From Raillietiella orientalis (taxonomy: Eukaryota), in NCBI GenBank assembly GCA_036172245.1, contig JAYWIR010000043.1, positions 372,001-436,000 of the forward strand: 64,000 bases of DNA, read 5' to 3'. The notes under the pieces were generated by a model. It made no database searches. It was not told where the DNA came from and saw nothing but the letters and a program-made list of their open reading frames with translations. Shown here one piece after another: positions 36,310 through 49,303 of this stretch. The stretch's first letter is position 1; every line of letters begins with the position of its first letter. Both the position numbers and the translations under genes were made by a program.

Positions 36310-39300
36310 TCACTTGCTGCTGCTGTCCATGGTGGGCAGCTCCCTGATGAGTTTCAGCCAGCGCACCCAGGGGTCCTCATAGCGCTTCCCAAACCTGCGG
36401 AAACTATGAGTATTTATTTGCTTTAAAAACCGGGACCTCTGCCTCCGAAGAGCAAAGCTATCGATCTCGCGTCCCCGTGGCAGTTCGCTTAATGATGGAA
36501 GCAGATGGAGCGCAAAGGAATCGCAACACGACGTACAAATCACGCACTTCAGACGACCATCAGTTCAGCGTTCTCGTCGATCAGCTGTTCTGCGCGCGAA
36601 GATGGCGGCAATGTGCTTTAAGACTCGTCAGTTTCACGCATTGCTGATTGCGCCATATGGCGTTGCGTATGTGGCGCTGAAGAGAGCTGCCGTTCTTTTT
36701 AATTTCTCTGCGTGCATTTCGGTGTCGATTACAATGTAGCGGTTGCATCCCTTCGCTACACGGCCCCTCATCCCTGATTGCTTCCTCGCTCTTTGATCCT
36801 TTATCATTCACGTCCTTTGAAGCGTCTGAGCATTATGTAAATAAAAAATTTCATCTGTTCAAAGAAAACCTGAGCCATTTGAATCACAAAGGCATCAGAC
36901 TCCCTTGGCATGTGCCAGCAAGGTTGGAACACGCTTCCGTCCTCTCTGGAGGAAGGAAGGAGCTACGGAGGAGCTGTGGGCCTCTGCAGCAAACACATGC
37001 AACGAGTTCAAACAAGTGGCCCTTTGTGCCGTTTCCTTAAGCATGTCGAATCGTTCTAAAACTTGCTTCTTTTTTTCCCCCCCTTCTTTCTAGCTCGCTC
37101 CAAGCTTATCATTGGTTCCGAAGAGTTCGAAAATGTGGGCACATCACCGAGCAACAAGGGAGGGATGAAAGAACGTTTTTACGCCATACTGTAGACCCAT
37201 GCTAGAGGGATTCGAGAACATGTTCCGAAAAGTGGGATCAGGCCTTTGCTGCAGCACAGATGGCATCGATTAAAACAGGAGCGCTGAAAGGATGGCTCTA
37301 TTCTTTTAGGGATTTTCCTCACGTTTGCCCAATTCACACCACTCTTTTGAAGAGAAAGCACATTTGTCGGAGGGAGCACAGGATGTGATGAGAGAAAGTT
37401 GGTAGATCAATAGTTAGGAAGAATGGAGCAAACTTTCTCAACCTACGACACAACCCGGATGAGAAATGTCTGGAGAACTCTGAACACTTCGCCAAGGTAT
37501 CTCGGATGATTGAAGAGCAGGAACAAGGGAACCACCACTTCTGTCTCCTAGAAACTCACGTGTCTGTTGGCAAGGGACCCCTGGACCCCAGATCGGCAAG
37601 AGTCCAGGCTCGAGTGACTCTGGAGCTGCCCGGTGGAGATCACGAATGTTTGTCCTGAAGCAGCTGGACATGCAGATTCCACGAGGTAGATTCAGAATGT
37701 GAAGCCTAGTGCTTTCCTGATCGTGTGGAGACGATTCCATCATCTCCGAAAGGCTTCTTTAATCTTCCGAGTAGCTCTGTTCCATCTCGGTCTGTGGGGT
37801 AGGTTCGTCCCGTTGCAACTCCACATGGTGGACACGCTGCAACTTTCACGGTGGTCCCTTTCTCTGCCCCCCCCCCCTTCCTTACTTGAACTTTAGGATG
37901 GCTTTTTTTTGTAACGCTGACTGGGGAAGACTGGACTTGTTGGCGTTCCAGGGATGCTGGAAGCCAGAAGACTGCATGAGAGAAGATGAGCGTCTCCTTC
38001 CGCTACTCGTTTTTTTTTTCGTTTCTCGTTGCCTTTCTCGCTCGTTTTCAAGTCCTTCGGGTTCCTCTTATTCTTGATTTTGTCGTTTTCAACTTTTTTT
38101 TCCTTCTCATTCATCTTGTTTTTCGTACTGCCTCCACTCTTTTGCCTCTTCCAGGAAGAGTCTTGGTCGTTCTTCCGCCCTCCAGGAACACAGCCGCTTC
38201 CTCCTGCCGAGTCTCCATCCCTACTATCTTCTACTGTTTGAGGAGCGAGCTGCGAATTCGGGACTTTCGAGAAGCAGGAGAAGCCTTCGGCTTCCTGTCA
38301 AAAGCAGCTTCCGCGGCACCCCGCCTATGGGTGGCAGGGAAGGAAGAGAGGAAATTTAGGAAAATTTTCAGAATCGTCCTGAATCGGGCTACATTCTCTT
38401 GCACGCCGAGGGATTTTATGAAGAAGAAGTTGATAAGGAGTAGTTTTCCCTCTCCATGAATGCATCCGCTCGACATAAGGAAATCTCCCTGGAAATTATT
38501 TGCGAAGATAAGGAAAGGATATCTGGCCGCAGATCGGGACCTTCCCTGCATCGATCCCTCTTTCCGGTGAGCGCTTCTCATGTGTCGGAACAGGACACAC
38601 CATGAGGATGTTCACTCACGGCAGCGAGGTTCCGAACACCAAATCAAGGATCAAGGATTCACAAGGAAGCAGGACGTGGTGGACGAGCGAGACACCAAAG
38701 TCATCCGACGTACGACCGCGGAAAGATCAGTGGCTGGCGTTGAGACCAATCTCTGTGCTTCACGAAGAAGGAAGCAGAAAATCTCGCACGAAACGTGCCT
38801 GAGGCCATGAGCGTCGTTCATCATGAACACCAAAACATGGAACGGCAGACGACGAAACTTCCTCCACGGGAGCGCGCAGTTACCGCGTGCCGTCTCACCG
38901 AAGACGCGGAGGTGAACCATTCTATGCGTGGGCAGAGGTCTTCAAATCCGCCCTTTCGGATCACCTAGGACGCGAGTGGCTCCAGAGCTCGGAGCGCGCG
39001 AACTTCATCAGTGGGTCGGTGGCTGCACAGGCAACAGGCGGAAAGGTCGCAGCAAGATTCGACTCAGAAGCAAAGCATACACGAGGAAGTACATGAGGTG
39101 AGCCGTCTTGAGTTTCCTCACCTCCATCATCAGCATCGCTTGTGATGCCTCGCTCCTTTCAGGAATTTCTCTTGGCACCTCCCGTGTAGGATGAAACGTG
39201 AACGGAATAAAAGCTGCATCAGTAAGAGATGGAAAGGTGATTGTGGTGCAAAGAGGGATCTTCCATATTCATTTTGCCTTCGACAGCAATGTGACCATGA

Positions 39301-40595
39301 GAAGCTACAGCTTGCAGGAGAGAGGCCCCCGGCCGGGGTGCGGTATGTCTTGGAGATATTCTTCTCTGGCAGACGTCTTTCATACTGGCTCTCTCGATCA
39401 AGAGCCCCTCCGTCGGTCAACCGTGGTGCTTTGCTGTCTGGTTTTCGGAGAGCACGTCTGTTCTAATCTCGATTCCCGCACGGGAGAGTATTTTAATGGC
39501 AGCTGCCAGCAGTGGGCTGCTTTAAAATGCCAGAAGGACACTTGCTTTCCCTGTTCGTGGAATTGTAGACGAGCACCTCGACCTGGACAGGAGGACAACT
39601 GCCATTTTTCGTTGCTGTCGTTCAGCCGGCTTCCAGGAAGACGTGTGGAGGTTCTCCATACCGTGCTTAGTCGGAAGCACGAGGTAGCGTGGCATATTTC
39701 CGTCTCCAGCTTGCCTGTCAACGGTTGCGCAGCTTCCGAGTCCTCCAGTCTTGCAAAAAAGATCTCCTTCCCTTCTCCAAGAATCACGAAAGATGGCACT
39801 GCGCCACCTAGTCGAAACGTCCCTTTCGGTCGAAACGGAAGATTTCGCCGGTGAGGCTCCGATCTGCGACTGGGAAGGAGTTTCAAAGCAGCCTCATGCT
39901 GCCGAGAGTGTGGGAGAAGAAGAGCGTGAGGCCGCGTGACCGAGAAAATGGTACCTCGCGTATTCGACCACTGCTCTCCCGGAAAGGGAAGGAACGGGGT
40001 TTCGATGAGAAAGGAGGAGAATAGGCTTCGGAGGCATGCTGAAGATCGACTGAGTTAAACTCCTGTTCCGGAGATGAGAGCTAGCGGTTGCGTGCGCGGT
40101 GCAACCCAGAAAGTCACCCATCTTTAGTCATCTTGAATTCAACCTCCGACTTTCAATCCAGCTAGGCTGTTTTGTGCGTTCAGCTCCATCTAATAGGCGC
40201 TTTGTGTCAAAACAGTCTGACTGATGTCCGCTGAGAAACTCAAGGGACACATCCCATGCTTTAGGAAGCTCCCAGTGGGCTGCCAGCGACCTCAGTAAAC
40301 CCCCCTATATGCAAGCGAGCACCCACACATAGTCAGTAACCATCTATATACAACCTGTTGACTTGAGGTGCATCGGTCGAATCACAGCTGTTACATGGAC
40401 AAACCTTGGTTTCCCTTCCAGTAAATACATTTGTTTTATGGTTTCTAGGATATCATCCGCCCCGTCGGAATTTTTCTTTTCCACGGTGTGAGAATTCGGT
40501 GGCAGCCCAACTTGATTTTTACTCTGGAGAGGGTGGCCTTTCACGAGCACGGAAAGCAGGAGCATCCCGCTCGTCAGGAAAATCACGATCTTCAT
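36310..40595 (-). CDS. NPF: Neuropeptide F (NPF/NPY family) precursor, 91 aa, two coding exons
   Basis: Exon 40405-40595 encodes signal peptide MKIVIFLTSGMLLLSVLVKG plus ...DILETIKQMYLLEGKP-AG|gtttgt. Exon 36310-36394 (tttccgcag|G TTT GGG AAG CGC...) gives R-F-G-K-R-YEDPWVRWLKLIRELPTMDSSSK*. The phase-2 intron (36395-40404) interrupts the penultimate Arg codon, the hallmark of NPY/NPF genes. An acceptor (ttttacag) lies 9 nt upstream of the ATG, implying a non-coding first exon. Confidence 0.92.
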
Positions 40596-43500
40596 GCAAC
40601 CAGTCTGTAAAATTCAAGAATTTTAGCGCACAGCATTGCCCTTTCACGCGAAACTCTGCTGCTTTGAATGCACCCATGCGGCAGAGTGCCTTAAACGCCA
40701 AGGCGCACGATGGGAACTCCGAAAGCTCAATGTGGCCATCGAGTCGAGTTGGATAGAGATCTGACCTCACGACAGCATGCAAACGGTCAGCGTGATGCGG
40801 GAAAGGGTGAGGGCAGGGGAATGGGGGCAACATCAGACCGCTAAAATTTATCCGTCAAAATAAAAACGTCTCCCTGATTAGGAGGCGGACGCAACACGCG
40901 AAGTCATGAGCGCTTCCGGGAGCATATTCTTCCACCCGTGCTTACCATTCTTTGTTCACTTCCAAAGCGTTCGCAGTAAAGATGGAACTTGAAGAACGGA
41001 GTGAACGTAACCATTCTTATAAAGGGCGCGTCCTCCCTAAACACCTGAGGTAGGTATTAAAGGATTTTTCGAAAATCTCAGGATTACCTACTGTGCTGCT
41101 TTCCTCCCAGCTAATTTTGGGGCATGCAAATCTTGTCATCAGCATCTTGGGGGTGCCTCTTGTATAGAAGGAAGGGGGGAGGAGGGGGTACCGATACGAG
41201 GAAACGAGAGGTTTTCCCAAGTGAAGGATTTCTTTTGCGGAGTCCCTTCATAACACCTGGAGGATTCCTTAATTCTTCATTTGGATCCGTGTAGAAAACG
41301 GGAACAGAAATCGATTAGTATTTTGGAAGCAGTATAATCCCAACAGTCTGGATTGGGATTATACGAACCCTAATTTATTCAGATAGCATCCTTTGAAGGA
41401 ACTCATCCTGCTGATGCGTTTCTCCAAAAGAAACTGGAGAGCGAGGAATGAGGTTCATTTTTCAAGCCTCAGTTTTCCAGAAGAGAAAGCAAAGAACTTG
41501 GGAGGACTCCGTTTTTTTTTTTTTTTTTTTCCTTCCATCCGGGAAAAGTTCCATCCTCTTCAGTTCCTTGCTGAGAAAAAAAATTCAATAGACGTTTGCC
41601 TGAGCGCGTGCTGACTTCGTTCACTCTCGCAGACAGATTTTCTGCATTCTCCTGAAATTCGCTCCCCCAAAAGTCCTGAGGAACGGAATCCTCGCAAGTT
41701 CGGCGAGGATCGTGATGGGAATCATCGCAGGCAGTCAGCTGAGTGCATGTGGTAGAGCTCCTCTGCCCAGCGCGGCTGCAAGAAACGCATCCAGGAAGAA
41801 TCCGTGCAAGCGGATTTGGTACTCGAGTTCTCTAAGGGGCGTGCATAAGAAAACAGCTCCACGAGAGGCGCGCCCGAAGCTTCGAGAAGGACAGAGTGAG
41901 GCGAAAGAATTCCTGTTTCCGACCTTCCTCCCCTCTCCTGGATCCATTTGTCTCGCTGCATTCTTCACGGGAAGCGCAGAATTGCTTTCGTGCCTCCATA
42001 GATGGGTTCGCAGATGGTGGGATTGCGGTAATCTATCACTTCACAAACCCAGTGAGCAGCAGCTATGCAAGGATTTTCGGAAAGCAGGGAGACTGCGCGT
42101 CTTCACGGCCTTGAGAAGTGCCGCACGCCCAGCCCCCAAGGTTGATTTTTAAGCGTGTCGCTCCGGACTTTTGCTTAGAATTCCCTCAAACTTCCGTTGC
42201 TTGGAGTCGTGGATCGCAGCAGCTATCCGCAGCTCTCATCCACCACGTCTTTGTGGGACTGCCGCTTCCAGTTTTCGTGACACCTATTGGCACTGATCCA
42301 CTTTTTCCCGTCAGCGTGATACGCAGAGAAGGCATTTAGACATACGCATTCATCTAAAAGCTTCCCGAATACCTTCAGTGTCGGAAATGTTCGCGAGAGA
42401 GTTTTCATTCCTCTGCAAAACTCCTCTTCTTCGAAGTCTTTCTCCTGAAATGTAATTTCGTCGCAACAGCCTCAGTCGCTCCCTATTTGCAATTTCGCTG
42501 CATTTTGCCTTCCAAGTCGACTTCTCTTGCGGAATTAGTCCCACCCTCCTCAGAGTTTCCTCGTGGAAAAATTCGAAAATCTTTCTCATCTTGCAGGTTG
42601 CGTCGCTAGGCGAACTGATCGTGAAGCTCCACCGGAGATGTCGGTCGCATCTTTGACGATTGGTGCCTCATTCAAATCGTCCGATTGCTGCTTTCTCTGC
42701 AGCAGCCTCACCGGCTCGGCAAACCTCTTGTATATGCTTTTATGGTTGCAATGAGGTCTTCACCCATTTGATGGGATGGTTTCTGTTCTTCCTGTTCTCC
42801 AAACACAATTTTGAAGCTGTCGCTTATCTGGAGCATTCATAGGACACCCTGGAGCACCATCAAGCTAGAGAAGTTTGAAGTCCAGGTTTTCATGCTGCCA
42901 TTATCTGGTTCTTTCTAGTCTCGCTCGTCCTTTTGCTTCCGTGTGTAATATGATAGTCATTAAAGACGACGAGCATCGCCCGACTTGAGCAGCTGAGACT
43001 TTCAGTTTGAACTTTAGATAACGGAAGTGGTGCTTTCCTTCTAAATACGAAACCACTGAGAATGCGGATCATCATTGCTTTTGTTTTTTGTTGGGGAAGG
43101 GGGAGGGGAGATTTTTGAGTGCAATCATGGCCGATCATTGGCAATTTCTGATCAGAAGAGATTTTGTTGTTTGCTGCCATTTATCATTTTCTTAGGTGCT
43201 CGAAGCTTGTTTTCAATTTGTACTTGTATCTCCTCCGTCTTAATCAACTTGAGATGATCTCGAAAATCTGCAACAGCTTCCATAACTGTGCCGTTCGTGC
43301 CGCGGATGTCAAACGATGCAAGCTCAAGTGCTTCTTCAGCTCCCTCGGTCTAGATATCATTTGCCTTAAAAACGCGTCTTGGGCTTTGAGGGATTTCTTC
43401 TTGAAGCACTTCTCTTGGATGGCGGGAAAAGAAGAGGGCACATCCTTCTGATTTTGGTGCTGAGTCCAGATTGATTTTCTTCTCCACCTAGCTGCTTCTC

Positions 43501-43776
43501 TCCTCCCCTCTGCGCACGACGCAGCGTTGGGAAACCAGGTTGAGGATTCTCTCGAGCCACTTGTGGTCCATCAGAACAACACATCTTTGCTCCACTCCCA
43601 TTGCATAGTGTAGTGTGCTGCGCCGCATTGCAGATGCTCTCAGACAAGCCTCAGAGAACCGAATGAGCAGCGTTGCCACCAAAGAACTTTTGACGAGGAA
43701 CATTCCTTTCGTGAAACGCTAGCGAAGATAATGCACATGCTATCCAACGTTGCAACTCCATTCGGGAGCAGGATCC

Positions 43777-43799
43777 ACACACACACACACACACACACA
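43777..43799. repeat. (CA)n microsatellite
   Basis: About 11 CA units, read directly. Confidence 0.9.
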
Positions 43800-46700
43800 T
43801 TTCAACCAAACACGGCATAGTGTGCAGTACCCAGCTAAGTAATGCTCGGTTTAGTGTACATATCAGACACACTTTGGGAAAGCGCTTGCATGAAAGAGTG
43901 CGTTACGCTGGAGTGTGATAGTTTTGGAGATTTTTTTTTTTCTCACGAATACCTGCGTAGAATGCCCAAACTCACAAAGTTCCTCGTTGATATCGTGCGA
44001 GGAGGTTTCATAATCATTTTCGATTACCGCACATGAAAACACATGTCTAAGTCTTCATCTCCTAGCTGGGAGAAGCTACCTCTCCCTGAGCAGAGCAGAT
44101 GAGTGATGTCAATGTAGATGTACTTAGACAATAGATATTGCATGATACATCAGAAATCCGTTGGCGTCGGCGATTCAGTAGCATCCTGCTTTTGTTTTTG
44201 AGATTATAGGAACATTTAGTCGGTACAGTTATTCAAATGAAGAACTTCAGTGCTTAGTTAGGAGTTCATCGTGGAACATTAATATGCATCTGACATTACC
44301 AGGAAGCCACCCGGATCTGTTGGGGCAGCTTAAGGAGGCATGTTTATGGGGATGGGCTACGGGGGAAAAATGTTCCGGAACGCAGGGGAAAACTGGAAAC
44401 TCGGTGGCTGCGTGCGACAAAGACCTGGACCGGTGGGATGAATTCGGCGACAGTGAAAATGTATCTCACGTTGATCCGTGAAAAGCGAGATAAAGAAAGA
44501 ATCCGAGAAGGATGTATATATCTTGGATCCGCATTCTCCTGTTCAAAACCCTCGTATCATCACACCTTTGCTTTGATGTTGCTTCCCAGGTGCCCCACAC
44601 TTAATCCTGCAATCCATTAAGGGGGCCTTTACCATGGAGAACCCTTCAAACTCCAGGACACACTTTGGCTCAGACTGAGCCCAATGTCTTCCCTGGGAAC
44701 TTTGTTTTCTAAATGCATGGAGAATGAAGCAGTTTGTGCACTTCGTCCTGTGACTTTGGGGGTTCTGGAGCTCTAAGAAAAGCTTAGCTACCCTGAAACC
44801 GAGAGGACCTCAAATCCACCAGCAGTGGATTCTGGAAAGGAAGAAACCTGAAGACATGCAAGACAACTACCACATGCAAGAAACCTGAAGACCACAGAGC
44901 AGAATAGAGGAAAATCCAAGTCAAATCTCTGGAGCGAAAAGAAGTGGGAAAAATACCAAGAGCTACTGAAGTATCTCAAAGAGACGCGTGTGGAATTAGG
45001 AGCCGTTAGTAGAAAGAAACACAGAAATTGTTCCTGAAAAATTTAAGACGCGATTCAGGGTTTGCTTCTTTCCCAGGGTTGAGTTTACCTCCAAGGAGGA
45101 GTTTTGCTTTTAAAATAGCTTTGTTTACTCTGTTACAAACCCCAATCTTGAACTGGAACCGTGTTAGCCTTTAATCTACAAGTCGCTGGATGAAATCGCA
45201 AAATGCAGCACTTTTAGAAGACACTTTGGCAACCAACAGCGAAATTTTCGCTACTTATCTTCGACACTTAGAATACACGATTAAACAGCCAAAGAAGAAG
45301 CTGGGAGGAGCGAACCCTTCGGGATGAAACGGAATCTGACGCTGTTCAATCAGATGTCGGACCAAGCATGTGACTACAGGAATTTTCAAAATGTGATGTT
45401 TCCGATGTGGAAACTTTTAGATGGATCACACGACCTGCAGCGCCAAACACATCCCTTACCGTCTTATGGCAGGAATCAGAGCACGGCTTTACAAAGACAT
45501 CGGAAAACGTTTAAGAGCTAAAACTAGTACAGGAGAGTATCATGACGAGAGGAACCACAAGAAACGCCCAAGTTGGGCATCGGGCTGGAAACACTTTCAA
45601 CCTGTAGTGATGTTAGTCGTTCCTTTGCCTCTATTCACAACAGCATTGCGGCTCAGATGTCGTATGCTCACGTGATATGACAATTGTGTAAGATGATGGT
45701 GCCACTGGAATGACCTCCAACAGATTATTAAATTTGATCCATGCTGTGTGTGTGTGTTTTTGCGACATTATCCCATTTTGCTGTGGCCATCCCTGTTCCC
45801 GGTTGCGGTTTTGGGCTTTAGGGCGTGCCGTCCGTCGACCCCACCGTATGATCCAACGTTGACTCTTACACGGAACTCTGAAATCCAAAGCGATGCTTCC
45901 TAGGAGGCTTTTGCTCGTTGGTGCCGGGGGTGCCCCACCGCCTTTGCTGAAGTCGTACCACGACGGTGCAAGCTAATGCTGATGTGGCTTCCGAGCCACG
46001 TGGCGATGGCGTGGCATGAAAGTGGCGTGAAAGTGGAATCGCCGCTTGGTGACACGATCTGATTGTCGCCGGTGTCGTCCACGTCCATCTAAATTGCCAA
46101 ACCCGGGAGCCGAAGAAGCACTTGGGGATCGATCATAAGGGAAGATTCGGATCCACTGATTGCTCGGAAAAGTGGTTGTTGAAAAATCGAGGTTTTGTAT
46201 TTCTTTTCGTTCAACAGCAACAAGTAGAAGCTCGGGCTGACGTGGGACGTTTTTCTCGGAGACGAGCAGCCGCTTCGATTCGGGATGTTTGTACAGCGGT
46301 TATGAACGTTTCCGTAAAGTTTGCTGTACCATATTTCGTGATGCTCGTTTTCAAAAATGAATGGAAAAAAACCGCATGGCCCATCGCATGTGGTTTATGC
46401 TTTTTGTCCTTGAAAATCGTTTATTGCCATGCACAGTGCATCCGTAGAAAGAGGACCGATTATTGTGGCCGATATGTATTTTCAACTATGCCATTACATT
46501 ACATGCATTTCGATCAAACTATTTGCACGTTAGAAAATAGCTTCTCGTGAATTTCAAGCATGTTCCCTTCTAAATAGATAATTTGCGGTGTCTTCACAAT
46601 GCTTCCATATTCGTTGTGAATTTGGTGAATCCTTCTTGCTTCAAACAGAAAAAGTGTACTTGCATACGGATGTAATAAAAGTGTTATTCACTTTTATTAC

Positions 46701-47041
46701 ATAGCGATACTTAATTTGTGTTTTTCTCTATAGAATTTCTAATGAAAAAATGATACGAATTGTACATATGATAAATATGGTAATTTCGACCCTGCTTAGA
46801 TTATGTGCCACAGTTTTAAAAGCTTCTGCTTGCGCTTTCCGTCCGATGAGGGATGATTAAAGGAGTTGCCTAGGAGGAGCAGTGGAAACGTATCTGATTT
46901 TCCTTCTTTTTTTTCTTTTTTTTTTTCCTTTCTTTTTTTTTTTTTTTTTTCAGAAAGGGAAATAATACCTTCTGTTAAATTGGCAACCAAAACTTACTGT
47001 AGAAACGCACTTTTTCGATGAGTGCGCTACATTCAGTACCA

Positions 47042-49303
47042 TCACACAAGCTGCACATAGCTATCCTCCTCAGCTATCCGTCTCGCAGACTCAGATAACG
47101 TCTGCAACTCGGCTTTGTACCTAAGCGACAGACTTTTCCTTTGCAACGCGCTTTGCTGATTCTTATCTAAAAGTGAGGCAAAGGAAACATTAACAACATC
47201 GATTACTACCGGAATTTCGAACAGGTTCAACGAGTGCTCTTTGGCTACGTTCAGGATTTCCTTCATCAACAAGAGCAACAGTTTTTCCTTATCCGTGATC
47301 GCCTTCCTGAACATGATCTCCTTCTGCATTTGAGCAAAAATCAAAGCTACCGGAAGCGAAAAAGTGTCGACATAGAGAAACATTTCCTCGATGTGTTCGC
47401 AATGCTTTTCATACAGCCTTTCCAACCTCGTAATGTTGATGTATTCACCGAAAACGTTTCTTCGCACGCTGCCGGTTCTTTCGATCCAGTTTATGGTGTG
47501 CTTTGCAGTTATGTTTCCCAAATCAGCCGTGTGGAAATATCCTTTCTTGTCCACGGCTAGGGTGATTTTGCGCTCCCGGGAGCTGTGGACGAAGACGTAG
47601 CCTTGGGTCACATTACCGCCTTTTATGCAGATTTCTCCGATCGGTTCACCCACGTCGTCCTTCGCAGTGTCTACGTTTATCGTGCCTCCTCTTTTCGATA
47701 TTTTAATGTTGTTGCAAGGAAGAGGGGGACCAACATGATCGAAGCTGCTGTCCCACGGGAACGTAAGCGTTCCCACTCCGGTGGTTTGGGTAGTCCCGTA
47801 AGATATTAGCACGGAGCAGCCAACAGCGGAGCGGAAAAACTGGAGTACGTTAGTCTCCACAGGAGTATTACATACTATGACCATTCTTAGTTTGCTCCCC
47901 AGTGACGATTTCAGTTGCCGAATTCTTCTTTTATCCAGGAGGGTTTGCTCGTTTTTCCTTTTCAGCCAAAACCTATCCGAGTTCATGAACGGCAACCAGG
48001 ACATTCCTATTCTCTTCTTTTCCCAATGTTTGACGAAGTTTCCAAACATCTGCTGCAGAATACTCGCAACTGTGAGGAAGATGGTGGGTTTCATCTTTAC
48101 AAAATCTTGCTCCAGGAGCTTCGAACTCGTCTGAGTGGAGAAGCAGAGCTTTCCTCCTTGGAACAGTGTGCACGTTTGCCACACCAATTCCTCCACGTAA
48201 TGACGCGGGAGGTAAGCCAAATACGAGTCTTCTCGCGTCAGAAACTTATCTTCGAGGTGGATGGAGAGCGCCGTCACGGCACACATCAGGTTCCCGTTGG
48301 TGATCAGCACACCTTCCACGACGTTTTTCGTGTGTGGTATGAAAAAGCAAGCAAGATAAGAATCTTGAGGGATTTCTATGGGAACGGAATAGGACAGCGA
48401 TTTTCGGCCGATGTCCAAAAGATTGTCCATCGAAATAAGAGTTATGAGTCTTTTTCTGGCCAACTTGTGCACCCGAATAGGCATTTGTTCGAAAGTGACG
48501 ACATACTTCAGTCTCAAGTAAAACCTCCGGAGAACGAGTTCAGTCTTGTTGCGATCGTCCACGAAAATGCCTATCATGCCCGTTCTGTCCAGCATCTTCC
48601 AGAACGCATTCAGGCCGTAATTCAGATGCAAAGGAACGTAGACGATGCCTAATGAAGCAAGTGCGTGCTCCGACAAAGTGTACTGGATGGAATTCTTTGC
48701 AAATATACCAAAGAAACTATGCTGCTTCTTCAGCTGACCTTTGCTGCTTAAATGTAGCAATCCACAGGCCAAGGCAAATATGTCGTCTCTACAGCTTTCA
48801 AAGCTTTTCGTAAATAGGTGGCCATTGTCTTTGTCCACTTGCAATGCAACTTGTTTCCCAAGATGAGTGATGTTTGATTCGGTTCGAGTGAAGAAAATCT
48901 GAGCAAGATTTTTGCATTGGCCATCTATCCACATGGGAAAGTCCCACTCCTGCCCTATTTGCTGAAACTTTGATGTCAAGCAAGACTCCTTCTCATCGCT
49001 TATAAGTTTTCCTTGGGGTGCAGAATAAATACTTGCAATGGAGAGTATGTTATGTTTAGCATATCGAGTGCACACATTATAAACACATATCCACAAAACG
49101 CAAATACTAAACAGTATGGAAAGAAGAAAGAGCCATTCTCGAGAGATATGCCTTGTAGCACTATGTAGTCTGTATCCAATGTAAACAGATAATCCTTCTT
49201 CAAACCATTCCTCGAGCGTTTCCGTGTCATAGTATTCCTGTTCGTCTACGTATTCCTCTTCTCCCTCTATATAATCTTCTGCAACTTCATATTCCTCATC
49301 CAT
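47042..49303 (-). CDS. Intronless long-chain fatty-acyl-CoA synthetase-like protein (ACSL family, 753 aa) with degenerate catalytic motifs
   Basis: Uninterrupted ORF with an acidic N-terminus, one hydrophobic helix (WLFLLSILFSICVLWICVY) and ACSL landmarks GIFAKN, VYVPLH, YLAYLP, KPTIF, HVGPPLPCNNIK, GEICIKGGNV.QGY, FHTADLG and GEYI...LE.LY. Confidence 0.9.
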   Translation of the reverse strand: MDEEYEVAEDYIEGEEEYVDEQEYYDTETLEEWFEEGLSVYIGYRLHSATRHISREWLFLLSILFSICVLWICVYNVCTRYAKHNILSIASIYSAPQGKLISDEKESCLTSKFQQIGQEWDFPMWIDGQCKNLAQIFFTRTESNITHLGKQVALQVDKDNGHLFTKSFESCRDDIFALACGLLHLSSKGQLKKQHSFFGIFAKNSIQYTLSEHALASLGIVYVPLHLNYGLNAFWKMLDRTGMIGIFVDDRNKTELVLRRFYLRLKYVVTFEQMPIRVHKLARKRLITLISMDNLLDIGRKSLSYSVPIEIPQDSYLACFFIPHTKNVVEGVLITNGNLMCAVTALSIHLEDKFLTREDSYLAYLPRHYVEELVWQTCTLFQGGKLCFSTQTSSKLLEQDFVKMKPTIFLTVASILQQMFGNFVKHWEKKRIGMSWLPFMNSDRFWLKRKNEQTLLDKRRIRQLKSSLGSKLRMVIVCNTPVETNVLQFFRSAVGCSVLISYGTTQTTGVGTLTFPWDSSFDHVGPPLPCNNIKISKRGGTINVDTAKDDVGEPIGEICIKGGNVTQGYVFVHSSRERKITLAVDKKGYFHTADLGNITAKHTINWIERTGSVRRNVFGEYINITRLERLYEKHCEHIEEMFLYVDTFSLPVALIFAQMQKEIMFRKAITDKEKLLLLLMKEILNVAKEHSLNLFEIPVVIDVVNVSFASLLDKNQQSALQRKSLSLRYKAELQTLSESARRIAEEDSYVQLV

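Noticed and set aside
40344..40404. Read-through tail (VHVTAVIRPMHLKSTGCI) of the 83-aa ORF
   Set aside because: This is intron sequence after the NPF donor site; the spliced form restores RF-GKR.
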